The notes under the pieces are model-generated. The model was given only the letters and a program-made list of their open reading frames with translations, made no database searches and was not told the origin of the DNA. From the NCBI GenBank assembly GCA_964016885.1, contig OZ024743.1, positions 181,846,001-181,910,000 on the forward strand: a stretch of 64,000 bases of DNA, in the 5' to 3' direction. Shown piece after piece: positions 1 to 14,701 of this stretch. Position 1 is the first letter of the stretch. Every line of letters starts with the position of its first letter. This DNA comes from Eledone cirrhosa. Taxonomy: Eukaryota. The position numbers were made by a program, and so were the translations under genes.

Positions 1-367
1 TGTGTTGAAAGATGATTCTATTAGTAGAAATGGGGGAGGGAGTTGTTGTGTGTGTGTGTGTGTGTGTATGGGTGTTATGTGTGTGTGTGTATGGGTGTTA
101 TATGTGTGGGAGTATGGTTAGCATGTTAAGATGAAGAGAATATATATATATTGTGTGTGTGTGTGTAGGAAAATGATTCCTTTAGTAGGAATATTTTGAA
201 TGAACATATTTTCCTTACTTATTCGTATTTGTTCTGTTGTATTGTCAGCGCAAACGTATGTTAAGGTTTATTTAGTTCGGGGTTTTATTTTCTAAAGTAG
301 CAGGTGTTATGTGTGTGTGTATGTGTCTGTTTGGATGGTTAACATGTTATGGTGTTGACAATGTATA

Positions 368-1098
368 TTAAACCATATTTAATGCTGGTCTATATTTTTG
401 AATAAACATATTTTCCTTATTTATTCGTATTTTTCTGTTGTATTGTTAGCGCAAAGGTAAAATGGGAAGACTTGGAATTTGGGTGTCTTATTACTTGCGC
501 ATATGTCTAGATGTGCGCTTAGTGGTATCTGTCTCGTGGTTGGATCTCGTAATTGTTGGCGATGAACTGTCATTTTGTTTCTGAGTGTGAGTTTAGTTTG
601 TCCTATATAATCTTCATTGCATCCTTTACATTTAATGGCATAAAGTAGATTTTTTGATGAGCAAGTGAAGTGATGTTTTACAGCAAAATTTTGACCTGAT
701 TTAAATGTATACGTGTTGCCTTCAATGAGGTGAGTGCAGTTTCCACAATTAAAGCGACCACATTTTTTGACAGTTGGTTGTGGGTTTGTGGTAGGTAATT
801 TGGCATTGGTGAGTAATGTTTTTAGTGATTTTGGTTGTCTTTTGCTTTTGATTATTTTGTGTGTTTCAAGGGCTTTTTTCATTCTTGGGTTTTGTTTTAG
901 TAGTGAGATGTTCTTGTGAATAGTGTTGTAAGCTTCCGCATTTCTTGTGTTGTGTGTTGAGATATATGATAGAATATCGGACGTACCTTGAATTTGTTTC
1001 TGTTTTCGTAATTCATCAATGCCTATTGCTTTAGCCCTTTCTATTCCATTTTTTATTAGTAATGGAGGGTACTCTCTTAATTGGAGACAATTGTGCAA
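368..1098 (-). pseudogene. Penelope linker Zn-finger plus GIY-YIG endonuclease
   Basis: CGRFNCGNC linker, then CSSKNLLYAIKCKGCNEDYIGQT. The true C-terminus (ENMFIQKYRPALN) is in a shifted frame at about 368-415. Frameshift relative to the RT at about 1090. Confidence 0.88.
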
Positions 1099-2318
1099 AT
1101 TCTTCTTGCTAGGTTAAAAGGAATGTTCGTCTTCGTGTGCTTTGGATGGTTGGAGGTGAATAGCAGGTATTGTTTGGAATCTGTTGGTTTGTAGTGTATG
1201 TCAGTTTCAATATTTGTGTCTTTTTTTAAGATTAAGATGTCCAGAAATGGGAGTTGATCTTGGCTGTATTCCATTGTGAATTGGATGTCGTTATTGATGC
1301 CGTTAATTAAGTTTTTGAAATCCTTCAGTTGGTCGAGTGTGTGGGACCAAAGAATGAGACAATCATCCAAGTAGCGTTTCCAATTCTCTGATAAATATTT
1401 GTGGAAGTTCAATCCGTATTTTGATTTGGACTGTTCATATATCTGGACTTCTAAGTATGCCATGACTAAGTTGGCATAAGTTGGAGCGGCTTTTGTACCC
1501 ATCGCAGTCCCCGATATTTGCTTGTAAGTACTGCCACCGAAATAAAATAAGTTGTTCTGTAAGATGAATTTTAATCCCTCGGTGATGAAGCTTTTTTCTA
1601 TTCTGCCAGGTATCTCATTGGGATATTTCTCTAGCCAGAATCCTATTGTTTCTAGTCCGTATTGGTGTGGGATCGTTGTGTAGAGATTCACTACATCGAA
1701 AGACACAATAATAGTGTCGTTGTTGACATGTTTGGGGAGGTGGTTTAAGAGGTCTAGATCGTCTCTTACAAGGCTTGGTATGTATTTGAGAATTGGTTTT
1801 AGTAGTATGTCTATAAAGTTACTCAGTCTGTGTGTTTTACATTGTGGGCCCGCTACAATTGGTCTTAATTTAAGGTCTGTAGGGTATTGTGTGTTCACGC
1901 AGGCTGAGGTGGATTGTTTACAGGCATCGTTAATTATTTTACACTTGTGGATCTTCAGAAGTCCTTAAAGGTTGCTGGTTTTGTATTCAAAATGTGTTAA
2001 ATAATCGCGTTCCTTTTTAGTTAGGTCTTCCTGGTATCGATAAATCAGTGTGTTTAATCTGGTCATTATTTTTGATTGCTGGTAGTTTTTTACTCTTTCA
2101 TAGTAATTAGTATTTTATAAGAGAGAGAACATAGAATTTTTATATTTTTCAGCCTCCATAATGACAACAGTACTTCCCTTGTCCGCTTCCTTAATTATAA
2201 TGTCGGTATTGTTTATTAGTTCATGGATAATCTCCCATTCCCTTCGACTCGTGTTGGGTTTGGGTTTAGGTTGCGGTAGTTCATGGTATGGGAAAGTAGC
2301 TATGTGGTCACAAAATTT
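1077..2318 (-). pseudogene. Penelope-type reverse transcriptase (broken frame)
   Basis: IIIKEADKGSTVVIM (DKG motif, about 2160-2205), LRPIVAG, SFDVVNLYTTI, QISGTAMG, RYLDD, PFLD, HYKPT; stops and frameshifts upstream of 1898. Confidence 0.9.
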
Positions 2319-2340
2319 GTATATATATATATATATATAT

Positions 2341-2534
<194 letters not shown>

Positions 2535-2543
2535 ATATATATA

Positions 2544-4228
2544 TGGAGGCGGCCCCCTATTAATTAATATGAGAGCAGATTTTTTTCAGCAATTGCCAAC
2601 ATAGAACCTCGAAAACCTTCCGCAGGATTTTTGGAAAGTAACCTACCACTAACTGCCTCTCTACTTTAGCCATAGAATTCTCTCAATAAACAGACAGTCA
2701 TACACTCAGGTAGTTAGACGGCTAAGATTGTTATCACACTTACAAACGGTACCTGACTTGTTTCCACAGAGTTCTCACGGCTGAGTGCACTTTTAGAATA
2801 CCTAGCTAGTAAATAGTTAGAATTGATTACACACTCAGTATACCTAGTTAGTAATTGATTACACACTCAGGCAAAACCGATTACGCGCATCTACCTTTAC
2901 TTGAATATGCCCTAACCATTGAGTTCTCTCGGTTGGGATATAGCTAATCGTATTGCACACTCATTTAGGACCGATTACACTCTCTATACATAACTCTACA
3001 CACAGTACCTGTTTTCTTTAGACATTGAGTTCCCACAGTTGCGACTGGTCACGTTCCTACCGATTGAACACTACACTAGGTTTTGATCCGTGACCATCTA
3101 ACCATAGAGTGCTCACGGTTACGGATTGAACAATAATACTTACACACCATTAATGGGCCTACACACATCCTCTGGGTTTTGCTATCCTTTGCTATTTACT
3201 TTACCTTTTGTGTTGGATAACACACCTCCACCACTCAAACACCTATCTTAAAAGCCCAAGGGCCCATTTGACCGGAAATCGCACTTACTGACACATTAAT
3301 CCAAATACCCAGCCCTACACGGAGCCCCTTGCTGGCCTACATTGCGGTTGCTTGCACGCACGGTTTTGGGGACTCAGGCTCTCAATGGGACAGCGGTACA
3401 TACTGAGTTCGATATGAGCTGATTGCTTGCTCTTCACATGGATGTTTATATACCTGACATACACTTTTTCGGACGATACGGATGTGTATATACCATAACT
3501 TACACTTGAAGATACGGATGTTACAATTCAATCTATACATGTATAACAGAACACTGAACTGAACTTACTTGCTTGTGTGTGTGTATGTGTATGGGGCTGT
3601 GGTTAACCCAATATTTCCAATTTACATCGTCAAATTAAGATTTGACCAATGTAGCATATGTTGTTTTGTAAACAAACTTTCGGTGAATGCTCTGTTGGTA
3701 TATTCTTATTCTTATATTTGTTGTTTTTTTCTATGACATCGCTTCGGTGTGTGTGGGAGTGTGTGTACCCACTCACACTAATTGTGACCTTCTATAGTTC
3801 TACAGGTTTGATGCTGTGTTGATATGTGTATATATATTTTTTTTTTCTTTGACCTCGAACCGGTGAGTCAACCTGTGTGTTGAGTGTGTGTACCCACTCA
3901 CATTAACTGTGACCGACTGTATTTCTACAAATCTAATTAATGTCCAGCGTCCTTTGCAGCTATGGAGATTTGACAGTTTTATAACCCTAACTGAAGCTGA
4001 TAGCAGTCGCTGTATTTCTGACTACTGAATCTTCATATGAGGGAATAAACTCTGTGAGTGAACATTGCTATTTTTCTCCCTCATATCAAGAATTTGAAGA
4101 CAATTCATTTTCACCTGATGAGATCAGTGATAATTGATCATGGCTTTACGATCGATCTATCTCTTATTGAAACATGTGTCGTGATTAAAATGATTGGAAT
4201 TTTACCTTGCCTTCAGATTTTCATTTTG
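2544..4228 (+). mobile_element. 3' end / pLTR of a second Penelope-like family between (TA)n tracts
   Basis: Starts with [10 protein letters not shown](fs)SNCQHRTSKTF, similar to PLE C-termini of the LLNKRxExxSxCRH type. Long non-coding tail with a terminal hammerhead motif. Confidence 0.6.
4101..4196 (+). ncRNA. Minimal type I hammerhead ribozyme candidate
   Basis: TCAC-CTGATGA (4115-4121) ... GAAA (4169-4172)-CATGT-GTC-GTGA; palindromic ACATGT at helix III; helix I can be extended. Confidence 0.65.
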
Positions 4229-4880
4229 ATATATATATATATAAATACAATATCGGAGAAAGCTTTTTAGCGATACTCCGGCAAAATTCCAACTCACTCA
4301 ACAAACATTAGGAAATAAGTGATTATATTCCCAATTATGCGTTCGGGGTGCTAACTAAAAGTATTGCGTGGAAAATTGGCTGTATTATTTCATATGAGAC
4401 ATATCTAATATATCTCTTCCCAGACGGACGTCTCGTTTCATTATAGGATTCCTACAATTTGAGTGAAATTATACCAATTTATGTAGGAGCTTGTATACCA
4501 TCAATAGATATATATTCAAGTGGGCTCCTATAATTAATTAGTGGGTGCCCCAATAATACTAATATTGATAATCTAACCAACATCAGTATTTAGCGATAAT
4601 CATCATCCTCTGTGCCTGAGGTATCTGTCAGGTTGTCAGTCCAGCAGTTCTAAAGAAGTGCTCAAACTGATTTAAAAAATGAGGAAGTAAATTACCGCCA
4701 AAAAAACAATACATGCGCATGACAATGAATTCTGAAAGGAATTCAAGCCACGTGCTAAGAACTCAATTGGAAATTGAAAAAATATCTATGTGTGTACAAC
4801 ATTTGATGACACACACAGATATTTTTTCGGGCAAAATAACAGAATGAGATATAAGGAACAATCAATATTCATATATAAAA

Positions 4881-6908
<2,028 letters not shown>

Positions 6909-6913
6909 AAATA

Positions 6914-7091
6914 CAGTACAAAAATACGAATATTTCCGTGAAAATAGGAGCAAAATTATGTAGATAAATCTACCAAGAGTTTACGGTAGTGTCCAATCCG
7001 TATACGGATTGGACACTACCGTAAACTCTTGGTAGATTTATCTACATAATTTTGCTCCTATTTTCACGGAAATATTCGTATTTTTGTACTG
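6914..7091. repeat. Perfect 178 bp spacerless palindrome
   Basis: 89 bp arms centred at 7002/7003; followed by a direct re-copy of 7002-7047 at 7092-7138. Confidence 0.95.
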
Positions 7092-7132
7092 ATACGGATT
7101 GGACACTACCGTAAACTCTTGGTAGATTTATC

Positions 7133-7181
<49 letters not shown>

Positions 7182-7389
7182 CCATATCATCTGTGTCCGG
7201 TGTCATCAACTCACAGGTCATATCCTGAAAGGCAACGAACTTACTACAACACTTTTACTATGGGAGCACATTAATGTGACCTCGGCGGGATTTAAACTAA
7301 AAGAGACTGTGAAAGAGAGAGAGAGGGGGTGAGAGGGAGTGTGAATAAGTGAGAGAGAGAATGGCAGTGAGATAGATATATTGAAGAAG

Positions 7390-7545
7390 AATCGACCCAA
7401 GACTAGACTGATACTTTTTGTATTGACCTCCAATGGATGAAAAGCAAAGTTGAGTTGGACGAGGCTTGAACTCAGAGAGCAGAGAGCCAAAACCAAAACC
7501 ACAAAACATTCTGACATTCTAACACCTCTACTAATTCGCCACCTT
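7390..7545 (-). mobile_element. Degenerate copy of tRNA-derived SINE family 1
   Basis: Similar to the copies at 36077 and 49588 (GGATGAAA.GCAAAGT...TTGAACTCAG). Confidence 0.6.
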
Positions 7546-8084
7546 TTTACGTAATATATGCTCCGTTTTATTCTAGTTTTTATATTTCCATATGGCTGAT
7601 TGAGTCAAATAACCACGGTACATTAAAATATACATTTGAGTCGCTCTAATTAAATCTAAAAAAAGAGTTTTCAACACTTTAAGATTTCAATATTTCACAG
7701 GCTTCATTGTTGAACCGTTATTGTCGCTAGTGTGTGTTGTTTTCTATTTCTGAATGTAGGATGACAATGCAAAACAGATATTTATACAATATATTTGTGG
7801 GACTTTCTATATATAGATATGTGTGTGAGTATGCTTGTGTGTATGTATGTTTGTACGTTTTATGTATGTCTGCGTGTATCTAGAAAGCGGTCGACTTAAG
7901 AAGCATTCTGAAAATTTGAAATTTGAAATGTGTGAGTCCCAACACAAATGATTATAATAATAATCGATCACTATAAATAATAGTTAAGAAAATCAGTGGC
8001 GTAAAATGTGGACAGATACATACATACATATACATACATACTCATACATACATACATACATACATACATACATACATACATACA

Positions 8085-8183
8085 TGATGGCTGCCCCCCT
8101 CGTTATCGAGTATGGCCATTGCACGAGGAGAAAAAAAAAATTATAAATAAATAAAAAATAAAATAAAAATAAAAAATAAAAAA

Positions 8184-8230
<47 letters not shown>

Positions 8231-8237
8231 CACACAT

Positions 8238-8283
<46 letters not shown>

Positions 8284-8296
8284 ATACATTAATAAC

Positions 8297-8334
<38 letters not shown>

Positions 8335-10975
8335 CAATAATAATAACGACAACAACAATAATAATATACATATACATATATATATACACACACACGCACA
8401 CACATAAGCATATCTATACACACACACACGATAGCAACTAACAGCGTTGCGATCGAATGTGGCTTTTTAGCCCAGCCAATGATCTAAAATGTCTTGCACA
8501 GAGTCGGCAACCAAAACATTCACTGGGAATAGTCGGTTGTGGTTGGAGTTCGTGTACTTTTGCATGTCGCTTGAGCCCTCCTGCTGATTTACATTCTCTA
8601 CCACATGTTTGGCAAGCATGATGAGTAGCATCTCCAACAGCAGCCTGGTAGTCAATCACTGGTCTTACTTTATGACTGCGAAGATGACTTTCGAGTCCAG
8701 CTTTGCTTAGGCAGAGTCTCGCACATACGCTGCATGTCAGCACCATAGGAGGACTCTCACCGTCTGGAAGTGCAACAGCAATGCCCTTCCTCACATCCCG
8801 CTTTACTTTCTCGTATGCGATTCGAGATGCCTCAAAGGTAACTTTTCCCTCATATACAGTCTTTCTCCATTTATTACGATAAGCAGCAATATTTTCCCAT
8901 GTATCAGCAGATATGTTAGCGTCTTTCAGAAAGGCTTTCAAGGAATCCTTATACCTCTTTTTTTGTTTATGTGGCGGTCGTTTTCCTTTAACCAACTCTC
9001 CATAAAAGAGTTGTTTTGGTATTCTAGAATCCTTCATCCTGGCAAGGTGACCACACTCCAACGGAGTCGTTGCTTAAGCACAAGAGCTTCTATACTGTCA
9101 CGCATAGAGCTTTCCAAAATCTCGACATCACTGATGTGGTCCCTCCAGTGAACGCCATGGATCCGTCTGAGACACATCTGATGGAAACGCTCCAATTGCT
9201 TAAGGTGGTGGCGATATGTGACCCAGGTCTCGCAGGCATAAAGAAGACAAGAGAGCACACATGCCCTGTACAACTTTACCTTTGTCCTCCTGCATATGTC
9301 TCGCCGACCCCAGAGTCGCCTTTCTAGCTTTCCGAAAGCATCACTTGCTTTCCTAATCCTAAGTGAGATTTCACTGTCAAGGTTGCTGTATCGATTGACA
9401 GTGCTTCCCAGGTAGACAAACTGATCAACCACTCCAAGTCGTTTTCCATACACATAGATGTTTGGTTCAGTGTACTGCTTACCAGGGGCAGGTTGGTACA
9501 TGACCACGGTTTTCTTGAGACTGACAGTCAATCCTAGGGCAGTGCAAGCGTCAGAAAATGCATTCAAAATGTGCTGCATATCACTCTCTGTGTGCACTAC
9601 AAGATCGCAATCATCTGCATACAAGAGGTCTCTTATGATTGATGTAAATACTTTTGTCTTCGCAGCAAAGCGCCTGATGTTAAATATGCTGCCTGAGGTT
9701 CGATATCGGATGTAAACACCATGCTCGCAATTCCTGAATGCAATACAGAAAACCATTGCAAAGTATATGGCAAACAGGGTCGGTGCTGGAGTATCCCCCT
9801 GTTTCACTCCATTTTTTACTGAGATAGACTCCGACATGTTATCTCCGACATTAACCCAAGCCTTCATGTCGTCATGGAAAGACCTAACTAAAGCAAGGAA
9901 CTTATCAGGGCAACCAAGTTTCTGGAGAACCTTCCATAATGCATCTCTGTTAACAGTATCGAAAGCTTTTGTCAGATCGACAAAAACCTGATCAAGATCC
10001 AAGCCTTGTTCCATGCACTTCTCCTGGAGCTGTCTATCTGAGAAGATCATATCAGTAGTGCTGCGTCCAGCACGAAAACCAGATTGACTTTCAGGAAGAA
10101 CACAATCTGCAATGTGTGTCAGCAGACGGTCCAGAAGCACCCTACATAAAACTTTCCCTACGACAGAAAGCAATGATATACCTCTGTAGTTCCCACAATC
10201 ATTCCTGTTACCCTTTCCCTTGTACAAGACCACCATTACTGCATCTCTCCAGTCCTCAGGTACGGATTAATTAGCCCATATCCTGCCAAACAAAGAGTGA
10301 AGATGTTACAGGAGTCTCTCACCACCATATTGTAGGAGCTCAGTATGTATGCCATCCATACCTGGAGATCTTCCACTGTTCAGCTTCGAAATAGCCACTG
10401 CAACCTCCACAAGCGTCGGAGGTTCTGCGAGAGCTACTTTCACAGGACTTTCTGGAATGAGATTGAGGAAATCTTCACTGACGACAGACGGCTGATTCAA
10501 AAGATCATCAAAGTGCTCTCGCCACCTTCGTAGAATTCCTTGTGAGTCACGAAGAAGTTCTTTGCCATCCTTGCTGCGAAGCGGTGTCACCAGAGAAGAA
10601 GACGGTCCATAAACCTCACGCAAGAGACTGTACAACAGCTTTGTGTTATTGGAATCTGACGCAGTTTGTATCTCACCAGCCTTCTCACTCCACCACTGAT
10701 CCTTCATCTGAGAAAGACTCCGCCTAACACGTGATTTTACATCCCTGCAACGTATTCCTCTCCTGTGGTTTTGCCGTCAAGTAGCGTGACAGAGCACGCC
10801 TCTTATCAGCCAACAAGTCTTCTATATGTACATCATTCTCATTAAACCAGTCCTGGTGTTTTCTCTGCACCAATCCCAGAACACGCCTGCCTACATCATA
10901 AACCGATTTTTTAAGGGTCGGCCAATCCTCACCAAGATCTGCAGCCTGCATCTCTTCTTCCAATGTCCTCTTCAC
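8085..10975 (-). mobile_element. RTE-clade non-LTR retrotransposon, 5'-truncated (no endonuclease), frameshifted
   Basis: RKHQDWFNEND, GNYRGISLL, ESQSGFR, DLTKAFDTV, GVKQG, LLYADD, GHLARM..SRIPKQLFYGEL; C-terminal C2H2 fingers; 3'-terminal motif at 8085-8130 followed by (GTAT)n. Confidence 0.92.
8438..10970 (-). pseudogene. RTE reverse transcriptase ORF in four fragments, with three C2H2-type zinc fingers
   Basis: ORF pieces 10724-10970, 10306-10707, 9034-10236 and 8438-9061 are collinear. Confidence 0.9.
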
Positions 10976-11325
10976 CTCGTTTTCGAGTACGGCCACTACT
11001 TTATATCCATGTAGGAGAACCCCTACCGATGCGCTGAACGAATGTGACTTTTTAGTCCAGCCAGCGACTTGAAAACTCTGGTACAAAGACTACACTTGTG
11101 ACCATTATTGACACATAGTGCAGGGCCCATGGTACCATGTGATGACAAGTGCAGAGAGATCTCCAGATATAAAGCAATGCCTGTGCCGTGAAGCTTTTAT
11201 AGTGAGCAAAGGCACTGCACAAAGCCAGTCCCACTCTCTTAACCAAGATGATATTTACCAAAAAGAAGAACAAGTCAACATCATTGGATACCATCAGGAT
11301 TGCAGGTGTTATATCAGAGTTTACA
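10975..11325 (-). mobile_element. 3' fragment of a related RTE, head-to-tail with the main copy
   Basis: 11026-11094 encodes CSLCTRVFKSLAGLKSHIRSAHR then a stop; GGCCGTACTCGAAAACGAG matches the terminal motif GGCCATACTCGATAACGAG at about 8098-8116. Confidence 0.7.
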
Positions 11326-11376
11326 TAGATACATAGATACATACATACATACATACATACACTCATACATACATAC

Positions 11377-11414
<38 letters not shown>

Positions 11415-12147
11415 ATATATACATACATATATATATATTAGAGACTAATTAACCTTTAATATATATATATATTATATATATTTAGAAACACACAGATACA
11501 TGCGGACACACACATATATACATGAATGCATCCGCACCCAACTGTGAGTTAAGGGTGCCAACCTTCACCGATGTTGCTCAATGAATGACTGGGACAGACC
11601 AATTCAGTTTGAACTAGACTGAACCAGTATCAGAGTTAAAAATACATTATGAAGAGAGAAGAAACATTTAGATATAATTAGTAATAAAATGTATCATACC
11701 TAAACTGTTCCTAAATTCCTCGACTACGTAGTTTCGTGGCATAAACAAAAACAATATATCAAAGATATAGAGTCCCTGCGAGGTCTGCCGACTTATCAAG
11801 AGGATACCTCATTTTACTAGTCTCAAGAACGCGTCTACACGACGTGAGAAAGAATCCCAAAAGGCGGAGGGGGAGATAGTCACGCGATATAACGGTCGAG
11901 AAACAGAGCTAAGCCTCTTATAACCACGAAGAAAATACCACGGAGGCGGAGGGGGTATTCATATCGAGGCCGTAGAAGAGGTAGTGAAGAAGGCGAGAAG
12001 TATGAGTAATGGAAGCTTTCCAGTTGTCCCCACACTTCAAAGATTGCTCGACCAGAGGGAGTTATTAATATATTTAGAAACACACAGATACATGCGGACA
12101 CACACATATATATTATATATATATATATATTAATATATATATATATA

Positions 12148-12256
<109 letters not shown>

Positions 12257-12509
12257 CGCGATAAATTAACGGAGCCATAGACTCGTTATTACCTGTCAAT
12301 AATGTGCTTAAAGGAAAAGGAATCCTGAGCTCTTTAAAATACAATATGTTGAGAAGGTAACACACTAGAGAGAGATAGTACGCCATCAATAAAACAGGGA
12401 AAACCACCAGTGTATGGAATCTATAATCTATGGAAGGCAGGGTAGACACACAATAATTAAAAATAAATATAAATTAAAATGTATATACATACCTCTATAA
12501 CTATATAAC

Positions 12510-12592
12510 ACACGCGTACAAGTCCAAAGAGATCTGTTTCGCCAGGAAGTTGTTGACTGAAATGGAATAGCCTATGGGTCATCAGCGCGTGC
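12510..12592 (-). ncRNA. Inverted copy of the same hammerhead candidate
   Basis: Reverse complement of 13815-13897; first helix II pair is C-C. Confidence 0.65.
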
Positions 12593-12831
12593 ATATATAT
12601 ATAAGAGACTAATTAACCTTTGATATATATATATATACTAAAGGTCAATTAGTCTCTAATGCCCAAACATCTCAATGAAAGAGATCTCTCAGAGAAGCAA
12701 TATTATATATTAACATTAAATTAGAAAAAACTCTAATTCTGAGAGTGTAAACAAGATAGACAAAAAAACTTTTTTGTCTAACTTCCCCATACGAAACCAC
12801 GAGGTCCTGAATCTTTTCATATATATATACA

Positions 12832-12927
<96 letters not shown>

Positions 12928-13814
12928 ATGTCAGATTGTGTTAGTTTAACACCAACACTTCAATATGCAGGGTAGAGCACTCAACGAAGTCCACAAGAGG
13001 GTCTGTTAACTCCGGAGTAAATCTATAAACAAGCGGTATAAGTGAACATTTCATAATTTACTTCTTTCATTACCGCTATATATATTTCGGTGATAGCCAT
13101 AATTCAACAGCTATGACAGTTAGAAGTAACACATATAAAACATAAAAAAACAAAGTTTTTCTTGGAGAAAAGATATCAGTGAAAAGTAAAGTTTTTATCG
13201 GTTATTTTTAATTTTTGATACTGTCAGTTGTTGATGTTGTTACATATATATACAGTTAGCTTGATAACATCTGTCTTCCCGATTGGATGGTTAATGAGGT
13301 CCGGTTGAGTAAGCCGTGTCTAGAAAATGTGTGGTCCACGTAGATTTGGCGGATTTGGAGTGTGAGAACTGATTGTTTGGCAAAAGTCATGGGTACAGGC
13401 TAGAGTTCAGTTTAGGGTATTTGTTGAAGATGTGTGTGACTAGACTAGTTGGAGCAATAACGGTTTCATATATATATTGATGGCACACTCTCTCTCTAGT
13501 GTGTTCCTTTTCAACATACTGTATTTTAAAGAGCTCAGGATTCCTTTTCCTTTGAGCACATTATTGACAGGGAATAACGATAGTCTATGGCTCCGTTAAT
13601 TTATCGTGATATTTCGCTCCTTATAACAGTCTTTCCTCTCTCTCTCTATGTTTGGTTGAGCACACTTCGAGTGGTTTTGGGGTTGCCCTTTCTAGCAGCT
13701 CGTTCCTCAGATACAACTGGTTCACTGCCCTAAACACGCTGTGACATCTCTCTGCCGCGTGTAGCTGGACGGTCGCTTTAGATTTTCTTAGAGTTGTCTG
13801 GAATGTATAGTCTT

Positions 13815-13897
13815 GCACGCGCTGATGAACCATGGGTTATTCCATTTCAGTCAACAACTTCCTGGCGAAACAGATCTCTTTGGACTTGTACGCGTGT
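13815..13897 (+). ncRNA. Type I hammerhead ribozyme candidate
   Basis: Helix I GCACGCG/CGCGTGT, CTGATGA (13822-13828), CCA/TGG helix II, GAAA (13867-13870), extended helix III, GTA cleavage triplet. The first helix II pair is A-C. Confidence 0.75.
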
Positions 13898-14322
13898 GTT
13901 ATATAGTTATAGAGGTATGTATATACATTTTAATTTATATTTTTAATTATTGTGTGTCTACCCTGCCTTCCATAGATTATAGATTCCATACACTGGTGGT
14001 TTTCCCTGTTTTATTGATGGCACACTATCTCTCTCTAGTGTGTTACCTTCTCAACATATTGTATTTTAAAGAGCTCAGGATTCCTTTTCCTTTGAGCACA
14101 TTATTGACAGGGAATAAAGAGAGTCTATGGCTCCGTTAATTTATCGTGATATATATATATATAAAGAGAAAACATTCTTTCAGTAGAAAATGTTAAAGAG
14201 ATTTCTTTCAGTGAGATATCAAAACATTAATTTATTTACAATACCGGTTTCAGCATTACATGCATTGTCAATTGCGGATATGCAGAGTATTGTTAAGTTG
14301 CATATTTGTACAAATAGTGATG

Positions 14323-14393
<71 letters not shown>
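14323..14393. repeat. (AAT)n tract at the left boundary of the retrotransposon array
   Basis: Seen directly in the sequence. Confidence 0.95.
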
Positions 14394-14394
<1 letters not shown>

Positions 14395-14603
14395 GGCGCA
14401 CTGGGGACTATCTCCAAAGGTTTCCAGGGATGGTTAAAGAAAATCGGCCCCGTCACGCTTTTTGGAACGCTTCAAAAGGCATGCTTGCTTGGAACAGCAA
14501 GAACCCTCCGATACGTCCTGAATATCTGAGGCTGCAGGTAGTGGCTTGATATTCATTCCAACGGACTTTCCAGTTAACCAACATCAATGACTGAGATTCA
14601 AGG
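14392..14603 (+). mobile_element. R4/Dong-like family A, short 3' fragment (A0)
   Basis: IGALGTISK...LQKACLLGTARTLRYVLNI plus the family A 3' UTR; (AAT)n on both sides. Confidence 0.92.
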
Positions 14604-14615
14604 AATAACAACAAC

Positions 14616-14698
<83 letters not shown>

Positions 14699-14701
<3 letters not shown>

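Larger units (their letters stand above)
190..2320 (-). mobile_element. Penelope-like element (Neptune-type), 5'-truncated at a (TA)n tract, disrupted
   Basis: RT and GIY-YIG coding remnants. The ORF end (about 393-458) is partly repeated at about 190-257, as expected for a pLTR-type partial tandem. Confidence 0.9.
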
